Assembly: GCA_000697335.1 (NCBI GenBank) | Contig: JNEM01011182.1 | Location: 1 to 34,614 of the forward strand | Source of the DNA: Conidiobolus incongruus B7586 | Taxonomy: Eukaryota | Length of the DNA: 34,614 bases | Reading direction: 5' to 3' | Shown: in pieces, positions 1-13,149 of the stretch | Numbering within the stretch: the stretch's first letter is position 1 | Layout: each line of letters opens with the position of its first letter | Program-made: the position numbers and the translations under genes | Notes under the pieces: model-generated | What the model saw: only the letters and a program-made list of their open reading frames with translations | What the model was told of the DNA's origin: nothing | The model's database searches: none

Positions 1-911
1 ATATTAGATTATTTCTGTTTTAAAATAATTAACTTATTAATATATATTAAATTCAAATAAAATATTTTTTATAAATTTTTTATAAATTCAAAATCATTTT
101 AAAAGCCTTATGATTATGTTTTAATAAAATTAAGATAAAACTTTTGATGATTATTATTTGATATAAATATAATTAAACAAAGAATTTTTAAGAAATTAAT
201 TTTTAATAATTATAAAATTATATATTAATATATATAATTTAAAATCTTATATTTTTATCTATTTCATATATAATAATTTTGCTAAATCAATATTTTACAA
301 AATCAGAAGTTAAAAAATATCCCATTTTTTAATTGTGAAGTAATATGTATAATTTAATAATAAAAACTTTATTGATAATCTGATTAAATTAATCTAATTA
401 TTTATTAAATCAAATAATCTTAAGTAATCACTAATTTTGAAGTATTCTTTATTCAAAAAAAACGTAATATCAGCACTTTTCATTATAGTAAGTATTTTAA
501 GATTATTATATATTTGAATTATAATATATACAATATTGCAAGTATTGGAGTAATTCATTATTCCCTGAAAATTATACTTGATGGAAATAAAGAAATTATA
601 TAATAATATATATAATGGAATTAAAAAAGATATTGAATATATATTTTTTATGATTTTAATTTATTTAAGTAAACTGAAAAAAGCAGTGATTTGATACATC
701 ATAATTAAATAAAAGTGATATTTAAAATTTTGTCAGGAAAATTGGTTGAATTTTCTGAAAAATTATCCAGAAATTAAAAATTAAATAAATTTATAAAAAT
801 AGTAATTTAAATTTATTTAATATTTTGATTATATATAAAAATAAATTTCATGATACATTGTTCAATGAAGAGTTTGACTCGAATGATATGGTTTAAAAGA
901 ATTGCGATTGT

Positions 912-3900
912 TTAATGTCTTTGCCGATTGTCTCTACGTCTGCCAGGTGATTGAGCTCTCCTACTGTTATCTCTAAGCCTGTCTCTATCATTCTGGCGAT
1001 TATCATTAAGATGACCTTGAATGGAACTGTGGAAAGGCTGGCGCTGGTCGATTATGTCTTGTCGCATACGTCTTCGATCATGACCCTGGCCAAATCCAGA
1101 TTGTATTGAATTCATTTGATAGTGGTCATCATATTCATCTCTCTGTCTAGTACGTGAATTCCTTGGTGACGGATTGTTATCCCGACGGTCATCCCTCAAG
1201 CTAGATAATTGTGGAGAGTGATCACCGCGACGAGTTGAAAGGGGATCACCTGTCAAGTGAATTACATTGGCTGCCAGAATGTTAGATCTAAGGCCGGAGC
1301 CAGTGATATTCTGGCGATCTGAGCGCATTCCTTGTGAACGGTTCATTCTATTATTTCGATCCCTATCTCGATCATTGTCATTTCTGGAATCTGGACCACG
1401 ACTTGACTGACCTGGATTGGAGGAAACTCTTTCAAGCCTTTGCCCTCTTTCTGATCTTCCATTTCGTTCAGATCTTTCACCACGCCCGTTAGTATTTTCA
1501 GTATTATTGGGCGTATCAGCTTGATCATCAGTCTCTTCATTGTCAGAATTCTTATAGATGCCTTGACGGAATTGTTCAAGAGTAACCAGATTAGGCAAAG
1601 TAGATTTTAAATGGTCATAGAACATTCTAAATTTGTTAGTTTCTAGAGCTTCAATTGCTTTTAAGTATTTTGCAAATAATCTGGTATGCTCTTCAGTTTC
1701 TCTGGCGAGAACAGGGAAATTTTCTGAAGTGAATTTAAGGAGTGTAGTAACGTTGGTAATGTAATGCTCCTCTTCAGTCGAAATCGCCTCAGATATGACA
1801 GCATGTAAATCTATATGCCATCCAACAACTTTTTTAGAAAAATCTGAAAAGCTCAATTTTTGTGGATTATTGGAAGACCATTTAGCAAATCCATTATAGT
1901 CAGAGCAAATAAAATTGGAGCTGTAATAACTTTCGCTTTGATGTCCTGCTTTAATAAAATCAAAGATCTCATTAAGAAATACAGAAAATTGTGTCGCTTC
2001 TAAAACGGTGAAAGATCTGAGAAGCGGTTTGATATTCTTGAAAATTTCGTCAATAATAAAGCAAGTGGGGAAGTTAGGAGCTTTAAATTCATGCATATTC
2101 TTGATAAATTGAGCGCAGAATAATGCATCGGATGCTGATAGTAAAATCCTAGGTAAGAGACAGTGTTGGAAGAAATTTTTAGCATAAGTTTCATAATAAG
2201 AATCAGTCTGAGTGTCTGGAACTGGAAACCAAACGTTTGTTAAATCCTTGATCTTATTGATCGATTCTTCGTATTTTTTCTTTTCACTTGCACGTTCTAT
2301 TGGTAATATTTTGATTTCAGGCCCAATAATATCAATTTTCAGTTTAGCTCTTCTGTAATCGTCATTGCGTGGATTGTTCGTTTTCTCCTTGGAACATTTT
2401 GCAATTACTTTAGCTAGATCATCCCTCTCTTTTTCAAGGAGTGCAATATAGTTTTTGTAGCCAATATCATGAAAGTAGATGTCATGAAGGGAGAGTGAAA
2501 AGAAATCGATATATAATTGAAGGTGATCTTTAAAATATTGTGGAACTACAGCTTTCAAATTTCCCAAAATTGGTTCTAATTGGGGTAAGATCACATTTTT
2601 AAATTTATCGGTGGGTGAGAGATTCGTTTGGCCATTCTCGCTAGTGTTGGATTCTTTGATGTTGTTAATTGTAGATATAAGATTGGGTCTTAATAACAAG
2701 AAAGAGGTACCAGGATCAACACCGAATTTAAGTACAAGTTCTTCAAATGTAGGTAAAGAATGGAAGTGAAATTTTCTCACATTAGAACTGTCATCAAATG
2801 TATCCAAATATAAGAGAAACATGGTAAAATAAGTGTCGTAACGCTCACGAACAATGTCAATGTGCAGATTAGATTCTAATGAGGAAATCATCTCTTGAAT
2901 ACGCTGGATAAAAACGACAGAAATGAGCGATGACAGATTAGGAATTGATTGAAAAGCCAAAAACCATTTGTCTTTGCTTTTACGATTGGTATATAGGTCG
3001 ACATCGGATTGAGATTCAAACTGCAACTTAAGGGCTTTGAGTTTGGGGCCAGCGGACATCGCTCGAATTTCATCATTGGATGAGGTCTTAGAGAATTCAA
3101 TTCCAATCAAGTAGTTGATAAGGCATGCGAGTAGATACATAAATTCGATTTTACCTTCGACCAATTTGTCAGCAATCATTTTGAGAAGAGGCTTAAGATC
3201 CCAATTGATAACACGACGATGAGTCATGGCAATAAATTTGGAAAAGCTTTGATACCAGGGGGCCATATTGATGCCATCCGTATTATAAAAGTTTGATGCT
3301 TTAGGATCATTATCAAAAAAATGCAAAATCATATAAGTAACAAGATCTAGTGACATTTCGCTCAAACGCTTAAAAGATTCGGATATAGCTGGAATAGTGC
3401 CATCTGAATGGAGAAACTTTTCAAACAAAGATGCCAAGCAGGGAAATGGACAAGAGAGTATCAGTTTGTTAAAAGCGTTGCCGCTTTGTGCTGCATTTTT
3501 CATTAATATCTTCCCGGTTATTTCTTTAATGGCCTTTTTGGATTTTTCGACTTTGAAACTAAGAGGGTCGTGTGGTTTGTCCAACAATCTCTTCCAGCAA
3601 GTATACATTTGGAACCTGCGTTCTTGTTCAAAAGACTTTAAAATATCCCATACATCAGGAGCTAACAACGTGTGGCAAGTAGAGAAGGAATATGCTGGAA
3701 GGATATAGTCAAGGAAAATGTTTAAGTAGTTATCTTTCACATGTTGTTCACAATCTGGACTCGAGATGATTTTTTTACATAACTTCAAAAGTTCAGACAA
3801 AAAAGAAATATTGTGACCAATATATACATCCAATATTTTAAGCCAATATTTTAATTCGGTCGACAATGAAATGGGATCAGTGGGTAATTTCTTTAAATTA

Positions 3901-5410
3901 TCATATGCTTTAGGTAATAACTTCTTTTGATTTGTATCAGAGTAAACGGAATCAATGCTATACTCAAGTTGGTTTTTTGAATCTGTAGTATCCTCGGAAA
4001 CAATTAAATTTTTTGCAGATAATTGAGGAGATTCGTTCATCATCATTTTAATCCTTTTGGCAAGGAGAAAGGCAGATACTTTACTGTGCATGAAAACTTT
4101 GTCATATTTTAGAATGATAATTTCGGCACGATCGATATCATCACAAAATAATAGAGCTTCAAGCAATTTGGCGACCTGATGTTCGTTAGTATGTTTGAAT
4201 TCAAACTGTTTTTTGTCTCCTGAGGTGAATGATGCTTTTGAGCCGCCACCATTATCATTATTAAAGCCGGAATCCATACCTTCCATCTTTTTAGCCAAGT
4301 CTTCGAGCGATCCTGAGTTTGCAAGGGCGTTATTGGGTTTCCAATGTACCATTCTTTGTAACTGTCTAGAAAATTCCCTATTCATACGGTCTTCATTTTG
4401 TTTATCGTAAGGTGCCATCTAAAACCAAAGAACAATGAATTAATGACGAAAAGTAGGATACTATTGGTGTTGATATGTACATCTGACAGAATTTGGTAAA
4501 AATCGACTAAGTTCTCTTGAATAAAAATTGCAACCATTAAATAAAATTCAGAACTCAATCTAATTGTCGATACCTTCTGAGAGGAATTTTCATCATTCTA
4601 AAAACAAATCAATAATCATTAGTAAATAAAAATACCGTTATATTCTATAATTACATAAGATTGTTTTAGTCTAGAGCCAATTAAAGATCCCAATAATTGT
4701 CTGTAGTACTTGTATTGTTGAGAGTCTGGAGAATGATTAAATAATGGTAAATTCTTGAGGAGATTAATATAGATATCCTTATGATCAATTATATGGTGAG
4801 GAAGAACCAATAGCACGATATCCAAAATACGAATGGGATTGATGCTATAAGTATCAGTAAGTTCCATTAGCTTAGCTGTAAATGTAGAAAGGTCTTGGTC
4901 ATAACAGGGAAGTGAGAAAATGTGATCAATAACAATCGTAAAACCCTGGCCTTCTTCTCTGAACAAGTTAAACAGCTTCTGTTTGTAACTATTGGTAATA
5001 TATGGTTTGATTGCCCTGGAGATTTCTTCTTTCCTTCCAACCAACTTCAAATTTACTAAAAACTCTGGTGAGAGTCCTTGAGCCATCTCCTGTGTCGAAA
5101 TATATTTGGTAGTGAGTGCATGTAGGCAAATATCTTTGATTTTGTTTTGTGCCTCGGCATCTGGATAAATAAGTAATAAAGTACTAATACAGTCTGTAAA
5201 CAAAAAAGGGAAATCTGGAAATTCATCGGAACAATGCTGATAGAAAACTTCCAAAATATCTAGGTTGAATATAGAATTAATATAAGAAGTAAGAATTTTG
5301 AACATAACTTTGGTGAATGACTCCTTATCCTTGACTTCATTCATTAACTTATCCATGTCTTCTTCAGTAAGGACATTGGAAGGAGTATTTTCTTGATTAT
5401 TCTCAGTCAT
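912..5410 (-). CDS. THO2: THO complex subunit 2 (THOC2/Tho2), about 1459 aa, 3 exons
   Basis: The 263-aa and 1168-aa ORFs join in frame via exons 5410-4655, 4597-4481 and 4418-912. Introns are 4654-4598 (GTAATT..TACTAAT..TTTAG, 57 nt) and 4480-4419 (GTACAT..TTTAG, 62 nt). Tho2-type motifs include YKQKLFNLFREEGQGF, INPIRILDIVL, WYQSFSKF and FFQHCLLPRILLSASDALFCAQFI, followed by an R/D/S-rich disordered C-terminus. Confidence 0.9.
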
Positions 5411-8376
5411 TATGAATCAATAGATGAATAAGAGGGAAATGGAATTGAATAGTATAAAAATATATATCTTCAATTAGAAATTATAGTTCAATTGTATATT
5501 CAATTTTATATATCTCTTATATATTGATGTAAATTATGAAAATTAACATTTAATGATGATGATATAATAATATGAGCATGATTAAGTCAACATTTAAACA
5601 ATTGTGCAACGGATTTCAAGCTTTTTAATTTTATGGGATTATTTTTTTTTAATTCCAATTTGCTTAAAGAAAATTACTTTTTCGAAATATAATATCATCA
5701 AACAATATATTACATAATTTTAAATATTTAATATATTTATTGCACAGATGTCATAATTGGTAAACTATTTGATGCTAATAGAAATTTTTAATAAATAAAT
5801 ATAGACTTCAAATATGAGCTACGAGCCACTATGTAAATTTTATATATACATTTCATAATCAATATTGATTTGTAAAGATATTTGATTTATAATTAAGAAA
5901 TGTTCGATATTCATGGAATAATCCGATTATACAGGGAATTAATATGTGATTTTACTACTAATATAATTTAATAGGAAGCTTAAAATTTGGTTTGTAATAT
6001 CAAGAATTATTGTAATTTGTATATTGGTTTTAAATTTTCAAATTTCTTCAATTATTAATTTTTGTAATGAAACTTTTTTTTCAAATTTAATTAGCTATCT
6101 CATTAAAAATAGCAATTTAAATTTCTAGAAATATAAATTCAATCATGTCAAATTTGTAAGGATTGTATAATTTGATTTTAATTTACAGTTTATTATGATA
6201 TGGGAATTAATCTTATCGTAACTTATATATTAGAAAATCAAAATATGATTTATAACTAGATATTAATGATAAAGGGACAATTCAATTATTCAAATACTTT
6301 GATGTATATACTATTGTAATAATACTAATGAATAACTTCAACTTATATGGTTAATACAGTTTAGAATATAAAATAAGGAATATAGGGTATTACCCGTAAA
6401 TAAAACTAATCATTCTGTTATTTTGATATACTATTATTATAGATAATGGATAAATATCAAATATTTTAAAGTTAAAAATATTTCTATCAATTTGATAAAT
6501 AGATAATAATTAAACTATTAAGGAATATGCAAAATTAATAATCACAGATATTTACTATTTTTTGTAAATATTAGAATTAGATAAATTTAAAAATGTAATA
6601 TTTTGCCAATATCACCATGTTTTAAAATATTTATATTATAATCAACTAAATTAACAAAATATGTAAACTATTTATAATTGCTATTTTATTCAATAAATAT
6701 TTTAACCATTGTTCATCTAAACTCATAATTCAATTCATTAAAACAATGAATAATTCAAAAAATCAAATTACAAGTGACTTTATTTGGACAATTGATTAAA
6801 TCATAATTATGTTATTCAAAATAATATTATTGTTGAAATAATGAACCTTTTTGAATATCCTATTGTAAATGAAAAAAATTATATATTTGGTTGAATATTT
6901 AATATGAGGTTAATACTGTATTTGATTTATTTTAATATCAATTTTATACATTATTGCGAAGTGCATTTAAAAATTATAAACATTATTTTGAACTATTTCC
7001 TAAGTTTTATAACAATATTTCCATATTCATGATTTCAGAAAATTGATGTGAAATGTTATATGTCATTATTCCGACTGGATCAAATTTAGAATAAAAATAT
7101 AATAAAGAATAAATGTTATCAGAAAAATAAATTATTTTTTGATGCTTCAAGAGTGCCATTTTGTGTAAAGAGGCGTTAATATTTTGAACCAATCAAATTC
7201 AATATATTTATACTATAATCATTATAATTGGCTACTAGATTCCTTATTAAAATTTTACCAATTAACAAAATAATCTTGTATTTTCCCAATTTTAGTACTT
7301 TTTGGCAAAATTTTAAGTTATAACACGACGTTATTTTATCAATTCCAATATAATATAATTTTAAATATATATCAGAAAATAAAAAATTCTTAAAATATTA
7401 TTGATTCTTTGATAAGTTTGGCGCTTTTATGTATTCTAAAAATATTCTTATTATTTTTTTTATTATTTAGTTTTTTTCGTCTTTTTTGTGAAAAAATTCA
7501 TCTTCTTAATATTAAATTAATAACATTCGTTTATAAACCATATTTGATATAATAATAAACTTATGATATATATTAATATGTATAGTGAGAAATATTTATG
7601 ATTAAAATTTTTAGATTGATTTTATTCAATTTTTATCTTAGAAAATTTCATAATTTGTAATTTCGGAATAATGATTAATATTACAACCACGTGATAAAAA
7701 TGACTATTAAAATATTTTGTGACTTAAATATAAATTTAATTACTTTTATCTTACTACTATAATAAAATTACATAATAAGCGGTAGTAACCTATTAAAAAT
7801 CGTCCGTTGTATGCATAGGTCCAAAGCGAGCTGCAAAATCTCGAAATTATTCTCAATTAATAATACTTTCAGGATATTTTATATAACTTTTGTTGTATAA
7901 GCAATAAATAATGCACAAGATACGATGATGGGATAATGATCTAAGTTTAATTAATAATTTCGAACCTTCAACCTTTTAGTGAGGTACTGGCGTTATTAAT
8001 TAATTGCCAAAAACTTGACATGACGACTTAAATTGATGATGTTTGAAGTGTGATACAATAATTAGAGTACTATGTAATGATTTTATTCTTTATTATATAT
8101 CAATATTTAGTAATTATTTTCTTATTAATTATCATTATAAATCCAAGATAGACTAAAAATTCACAGTACAACTGTCAAAGAAAACAGGAAGGATCAAATT
8201 AATTTAGTAAAGATCCTTTGAAGATTGATATTATGAAAATAGGTAATCATATAGATCAAAATGATTAAATTTGTGTTCAAGTGCCTTAAATTCAAGTTAC
8301 ATGAAATCGTTTTAAACTCGAAATTAAAAAGCTTATAGTCGTAATGAGTTGGGAAAAATAGTTTATTTTCATGGAG

Positions 8377-8384
8377 TATATAAA
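8377..8384 (+). promoter_or_regulatory. TATA box (TATATAAA) upstream of the 123-aa ORF
   Basis: Consensus TATATAAA flanked by G-rich sequence (GGAG-TATATAAA-GGAG), about 65 nt before the ATG at 8449. Confidence 0.5.
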
Positions 8385-8448
8385 GGAGTGCGAGGTGTCA
8401 AGTTTGTAATAATTAAAAATTAATTATTCCATTTCGGTTGAATTTACT

Positions 8449-8820
8449 ATGATTAACAGAGGCTCTATCAGTTTGAGTTTATCCGATATCTCTATGGTTT
8501 CTGTTTCTACTACATACTCTATTGTCAACCCCAAACAACTGGGTAAGCAGTTTATGGATAAAATAGTTCGCAAACACACTGGAGGAGTTAAAAAGCGCAG
8601 AGCTAGCGTTCAACTTGATCTCAATCCCGAATGCTTGGAATCTATCGATGAAAGGTTACTTGTACATCGCAAAGGATTTGACAATCGCAGAAAACTTAGC
8701 GAAGAAGAATTTGATAAAATTCTCAGTGAAGGTTATGATACCATTGATGAAAAGCAAGCTTTAACATTGAAATTCTCTCTTACACCTGAGATGATCCGTA
8801 GTAACAATGTAATCGCTTAA
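8449..8820 (+). CDS. Hypothetical 123-aa protein (intronless); RRAS basophilic kinase-site motif and a C-terminal FDKIL...TLKFSLTPE segment
   Basis: Uninterrupted ATG-TAA ORF with coding-like GC content well above the flanks, natural amino-acid composition and an upstream TATA box. Confidence 0.75.
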   Translation: MINRGSISLSLSDISMVSVSTTYSIVNPKQLGKQFMDKIVRKHTGGVKKRRASVQLDLNPECLESIDERLLVHRKGFDNRRKLSEEEFDKILSEGYDTIDEKQALTLKFSLTPEMIRSNNVIA

Positions 8821-8989
8821 AGACTTTTATTATTCAATGTTTATAGTATTTATTTCCATGAGTTGATACTTATGGCTGGGATATAATTAGAAAATATTAG
8901 AAATAAATTAAATTAAAATTAATTTTTTATTGTTCATGTGATGCTTTAATCATTTTCAAAATGATTTACTTTTTTTAATTAATTAACAA

Positions 8990-10400
8990 ATTATTTAAAA
9001 ACTTGAAATTAGTTTAAAAGATGGGTATTGAGAAAAAGAACTCTTGAATTTTCTTCCACATTCCAAACAACAACTTTGAAAAATTTCAAACCACGCTATA
9101 ACACGTGGAATCTTTGATTAACAGAATCTTGGATGTGAAATAATGTAGGTTAATTCCGCCAATCTGTGAAAGATTACACAAATATATATTTATCCTAAAT
9201 TTGTAATAATTACGCCAATCTTTACAAGGTAAACTTGCAAATTTTATAACAGGGAATGTTTAAACTATAAAACGCCAATATGTTTCGTGATATTACATTG
9301 CTAATTATAGATTTGATTGTAAGGGATTGGATGTTTTTGTTTGTTGTACCAAATTATTTACTTTTCGGAATGATGCCAAAATGATAACTTTGTAAACGGA
9401 TTACTTCAGTTTCAACCAATCATAACATATAATAGGTATACTTTTTTATGACAATTAGTCTATCTTTTCAAGTATATTATTCAAGTAATTTAACATTTGA
9501 TCAATTTAAAAATTTTTCATAAATTTCAAAATTTTTGATATGAAAATTCTAAAGATTACTATATTACTATTAAATTTCTTTGATTTTTGCTTCCTATAGT
9601 TTTAATCTGTTAAGTATAATTTATGACTGAATAAATTAATTATTATTTACACAATTTAAATATATTTATTTAACATTATCTAAATATTTGATAATTATTA
9701 ATAATAATTCAATTTTATCATCAAAATTATAGTCAATTTATTTTGAAAATTATAATCGCTAAAATATGACTAGTCAAGAATCATATTTTATTAAAAATCA
9801 ATACAAATTATTTTTAATGACGTTGTATACCTTGAAAAACATTAGTTCAATTTTGGTAATGATTAATTCACTGCAATAATATCAAAAATTTATATTTTAA
9901 CTATTTTAGTATATTTGAAAAAAAATCAGAAAATAATAATTCATGGAATTTGTCATAATCCCTTCCATTGACTATTTATAATTATTAATTCATTAATTAG
10001 TATTAAATAATAAATTTGAAAAACTAACATATATAATGTATTTCAAATTATATAATATAACTAATTTTTTAATTAACTTACTTTGATAAACACTAATAAC
10101 GCTCTTTAATTCTCGATCAGATTCTATGACTTTATACAATAAATACGAGGAAATATATTAGATCAAAATATCTTGTCACTTTCAAAGATTTAATAAATAA
10201 TATTATAATGATATTTAATATTAAACATTTGAAATTTTTCAATTATTATCAACTAAAAAGTTTGGAAAAAATTTGAATTTAAAATACTGTTGAAAGTATT
10301 GAATCTTATTTGTAATAAACACTTGACTAACTACCAATATTAATGAAATATATAAATTATATTCAACTTTCTAATCACCTAGTAGTGGAATAATAAATTT
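8990..10400 (-). pseudogene. Heavily decayed gene relic, possibly F-box/LRR-like
   Basis: One minus frame over ~9405-9010 reads LVETEVIRLQSYHFGIIPKSK*FGTTNKNIQSLTIKSII...RGLKFFKVVVWNVEENSRVLFLN with scattered stops. Upstream, IESDRELKSVISVYQSKLIKKLVIL has LxxLxI periodicity. Boundaries are approximate. Confidence 0.3.
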
Positions 10401-10649
10401 TAATAATATTTAAATATTTTCATCTTGTGAATAAAATACATTTTGGATTTATCATATTGATTCAAACTAATATCTTGATGAGTTTCGATTTATACTCTAT
10501 ATATATCTACTAAATTTCTCCAACAATTATATAAATCCAAAACTACAAGTTTTATTATTATACATAATATTTAATATTTATATCTTTTTTTAAAATCTTA
10601 TATAAAATAGTATCACTAACTATTACTTCAATTAACTTGAACTAAGTTT

Positions 10650-11954
10650 TTTATATACATTGACTTCTTACAGTTCACTAATATAGTTTAGATTTTTTGC
10701 TCTCATAATAATATTTTCAAACTTTTTCTAAGAGTTATTGATACAGAATAAATCAATATTGGTTATTTATTCTTCAAATCGACAAACATTGCATTCAATC
10801 TCTTGTTGTCAATAAGGTTTTCAATTTGATTTTGGAAATTCATTACTTGAGCACCTCCCAAAGTAGCAATTTATACAGCTGCTTAAAATGTTAGAGGTCT
10901 TATATTTTAGTGTTTTTCAACTTCAATAATTCTCTAATAAATGATTGCATATCTGATATTGACTAAAAGAGATGACGAAAATCCCCTACTCACATCAAAT
11001 CCTATCTCAATTTTAATGTTATTATCAATAATTTGTCCCAAATATATAGTTTTGAGAAGATGGTGGGGCATTGAGCTATACATGTGACAGTGCGCTTGAT
11101 AGTTTCAATTTCTACTGAACCGGAGCTGCAACAGTAGGACATAGCGGATTTGTTACCGAAGAGACTTACTTGCTCGAACACATCATAGTTTTTAGGGGTA
11201 CAATTCAGTAGTGAGCTAGATTTCGTCGTGACTTTAAGTGAAATGAGATTGGATGGGTAGGTCATATTGGTTGGTTAACTTGGCCAATCCCTTCAATAAT
11301 TCCATGGACCATGTGGGAGAGGATCTTAGAATATAATAGGCTCCACTAAGTTCTTACCTGTAAACCCTTTCCCTAATAAATCTTGAATAAATGTTTCAGT
11401 GTTCTTCGAACTACTCTCCGTACCTTCGAAATAATAATTTGGTGAATTGATATCCATATACACTTTTACAATATACTCACAGTGACACTTTTTTGGACTG
11501 GTCTAGCCAATTCCTTACTAGATTCATTATGGATGGTGCCAAAGTAACCTATCGCGGTTGTATAATATCTGACCAATTGATTGACTAACCTAGGATAACC
11601 TTCTTTGGTTACTTTAGGATCCTCAAAGCCGCTTCCGCTGGGAAAGTGTATTAATTCAACTAATTCGTCAAAAGTAAATTGAGGCCAGTCTAAAGATGGA
11701 GATATTGTAGTGTTTGAATATGAGGTTCAATATTCTAGGAATATAAATTTGTTTGGTAGTAGCTTAATATTTTTATTATTCAATTGATGCTGATGCATAA
11801 AATCATCTATTTCAGCACCTGAAATATTTTTGACAACTTTAACAATGGTATAGTTTTCATCAATTAACAAAGTACCATTTCCGACAACTTTTAATTTATA
11901 GAAGTGTAGTGAATAAATGACATTGCCTATAAAAAAGTTGTATATCATTAACAT
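10650..11954 (-). pseudogene. Full-length guanine deaminase pseudogene, an inverted paralog of 16153-17481
   Basis: Collinear remnants across the whole protein: GNVIYSL..VVGNGTLLIDEN, LN*YTFPAE, YFGTIHNESSKELAR, VYMDINSPNY, DVFEQVSLFGNKSAM, IGFDVSRGFSSSLLVNIR, IATLGGAQVM, KFENIIM. It carries multiple stops and frameshifts, and the metal-binding HIH motif is lost (HIQ). Confidence 0.93.
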
Positions 11955-12048
11955 ATCTTTTTATATATTTTTTCTAATTAGCTTTTATTTTTGATGATTT
12001 GTAATTATACTGATTAAATTGAAAAAATTATGATAATCTGCAATATTG

Positions 12049-12072
12049 TATATATATATATATATATATATA
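12049..12072. repeat. (TA)12 microsatellite
   Basis: Direct TA dinucleotide run. Shorter TA runs also occur near 13008, 14506, 24465 and 33123. Confidence 0.85.
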
Positions 12073-13149
12073 TTTTCAAGATGTCATCATAATCATTCTA
12101 TATATGTTTTCAATCACTAAAGATTTTCATTCTAATTTAAAAATACTCCATAATTTTATTAAATGTGACATTATTAATTGTCAACTATTATAACACCATT
12201 GAAATGAATATTTGATATACACAATCATTGCAATTTCGAACATTAAACTCAATCCACATTTCATGGTTCGATCTTAAGTGGAACACAAAATATTTCAGCC
12301 AAGTCCTCAACTGACCATAAGTCTTTATGATCTTTATTATAAATATTTTTTTATCAATAATTATACCCCACAATGGTGAGTAAAATATATAAATCTTTTT
12401 ATTACATCTATTACCCTTAATTTTATACTTAATATCCAAAAAAATAAAATCATATAATTAATTTTTATATTATATTATGAAATTAAAATTATTATTTTAA
12501 TAAATAAATATACTATATTTAATTAACATTTCTCAGTACCTTATAGCCAAACACTTGCAATATTACTTGCCAGCTAGCTGGTCATGTACTCTCGCCATAT
12601 TTTTAATAAACTCGTCCAAGGCCTAATAATTCATTTATCAAATACTATTTATCAATTTTTCTGAATCTCTGATCATTATATTTAAAAGAGCAAGGGAATC
12701 AAATCAAAGTATATAAACTTTTTGTAAAATTAAAGTTTTTATAAATTAATTATAAAAAATTATATAATTTTACAGTTTTGTTTGATTTATAATTTATTTA
12801 TAAGCTATTCAGCTGTAATTTAGTAAAATAATGATAATATAATTTCGTATTATATTACTATATCTCTTTTCTTAATATTATTTGAATTTTATTATGACAA
12901 AAATAAATGTAATTAGAATGAAGAATCAAATATATTATTAGATGATATAAGTTCAAACTATAACATATAATATGATGAGATATATAAAATAATGAAAAGT
13001 TTGGCATTATATATATATATATATATTTATATATTTATATGGTCTATTTTTATCATATTTAAAATATATATTATTGAGTTATGAAATTTATATGATTTGT
13101 TATATTAATTATTAAGCATTTAATTATTGCTATCATATTATAACTATTA

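Noticed and set aside
1343..4410. Six short ORFs overlapping THO2 (both strands)
   Set aside because: Alternate-frame or antisense shadows of a long conserved CDS, with no independent motifs.
7007..7192. 61-aa minus ORF
   Set aside because: Non-ATG start, AT-rich and no motif; at most part of a decayed relic.
7417..7424. E2F-like TTTGGCGC site (and a CACGTG at 7688)
   Set aside because: Single short motifs far from any supported start codon; not distinguishable from chance.
11002..11954. 87-aa and 75-aa ORFs as independent genes
   Set aside because: Both are fragments of the guanine deaminase pseudogene.
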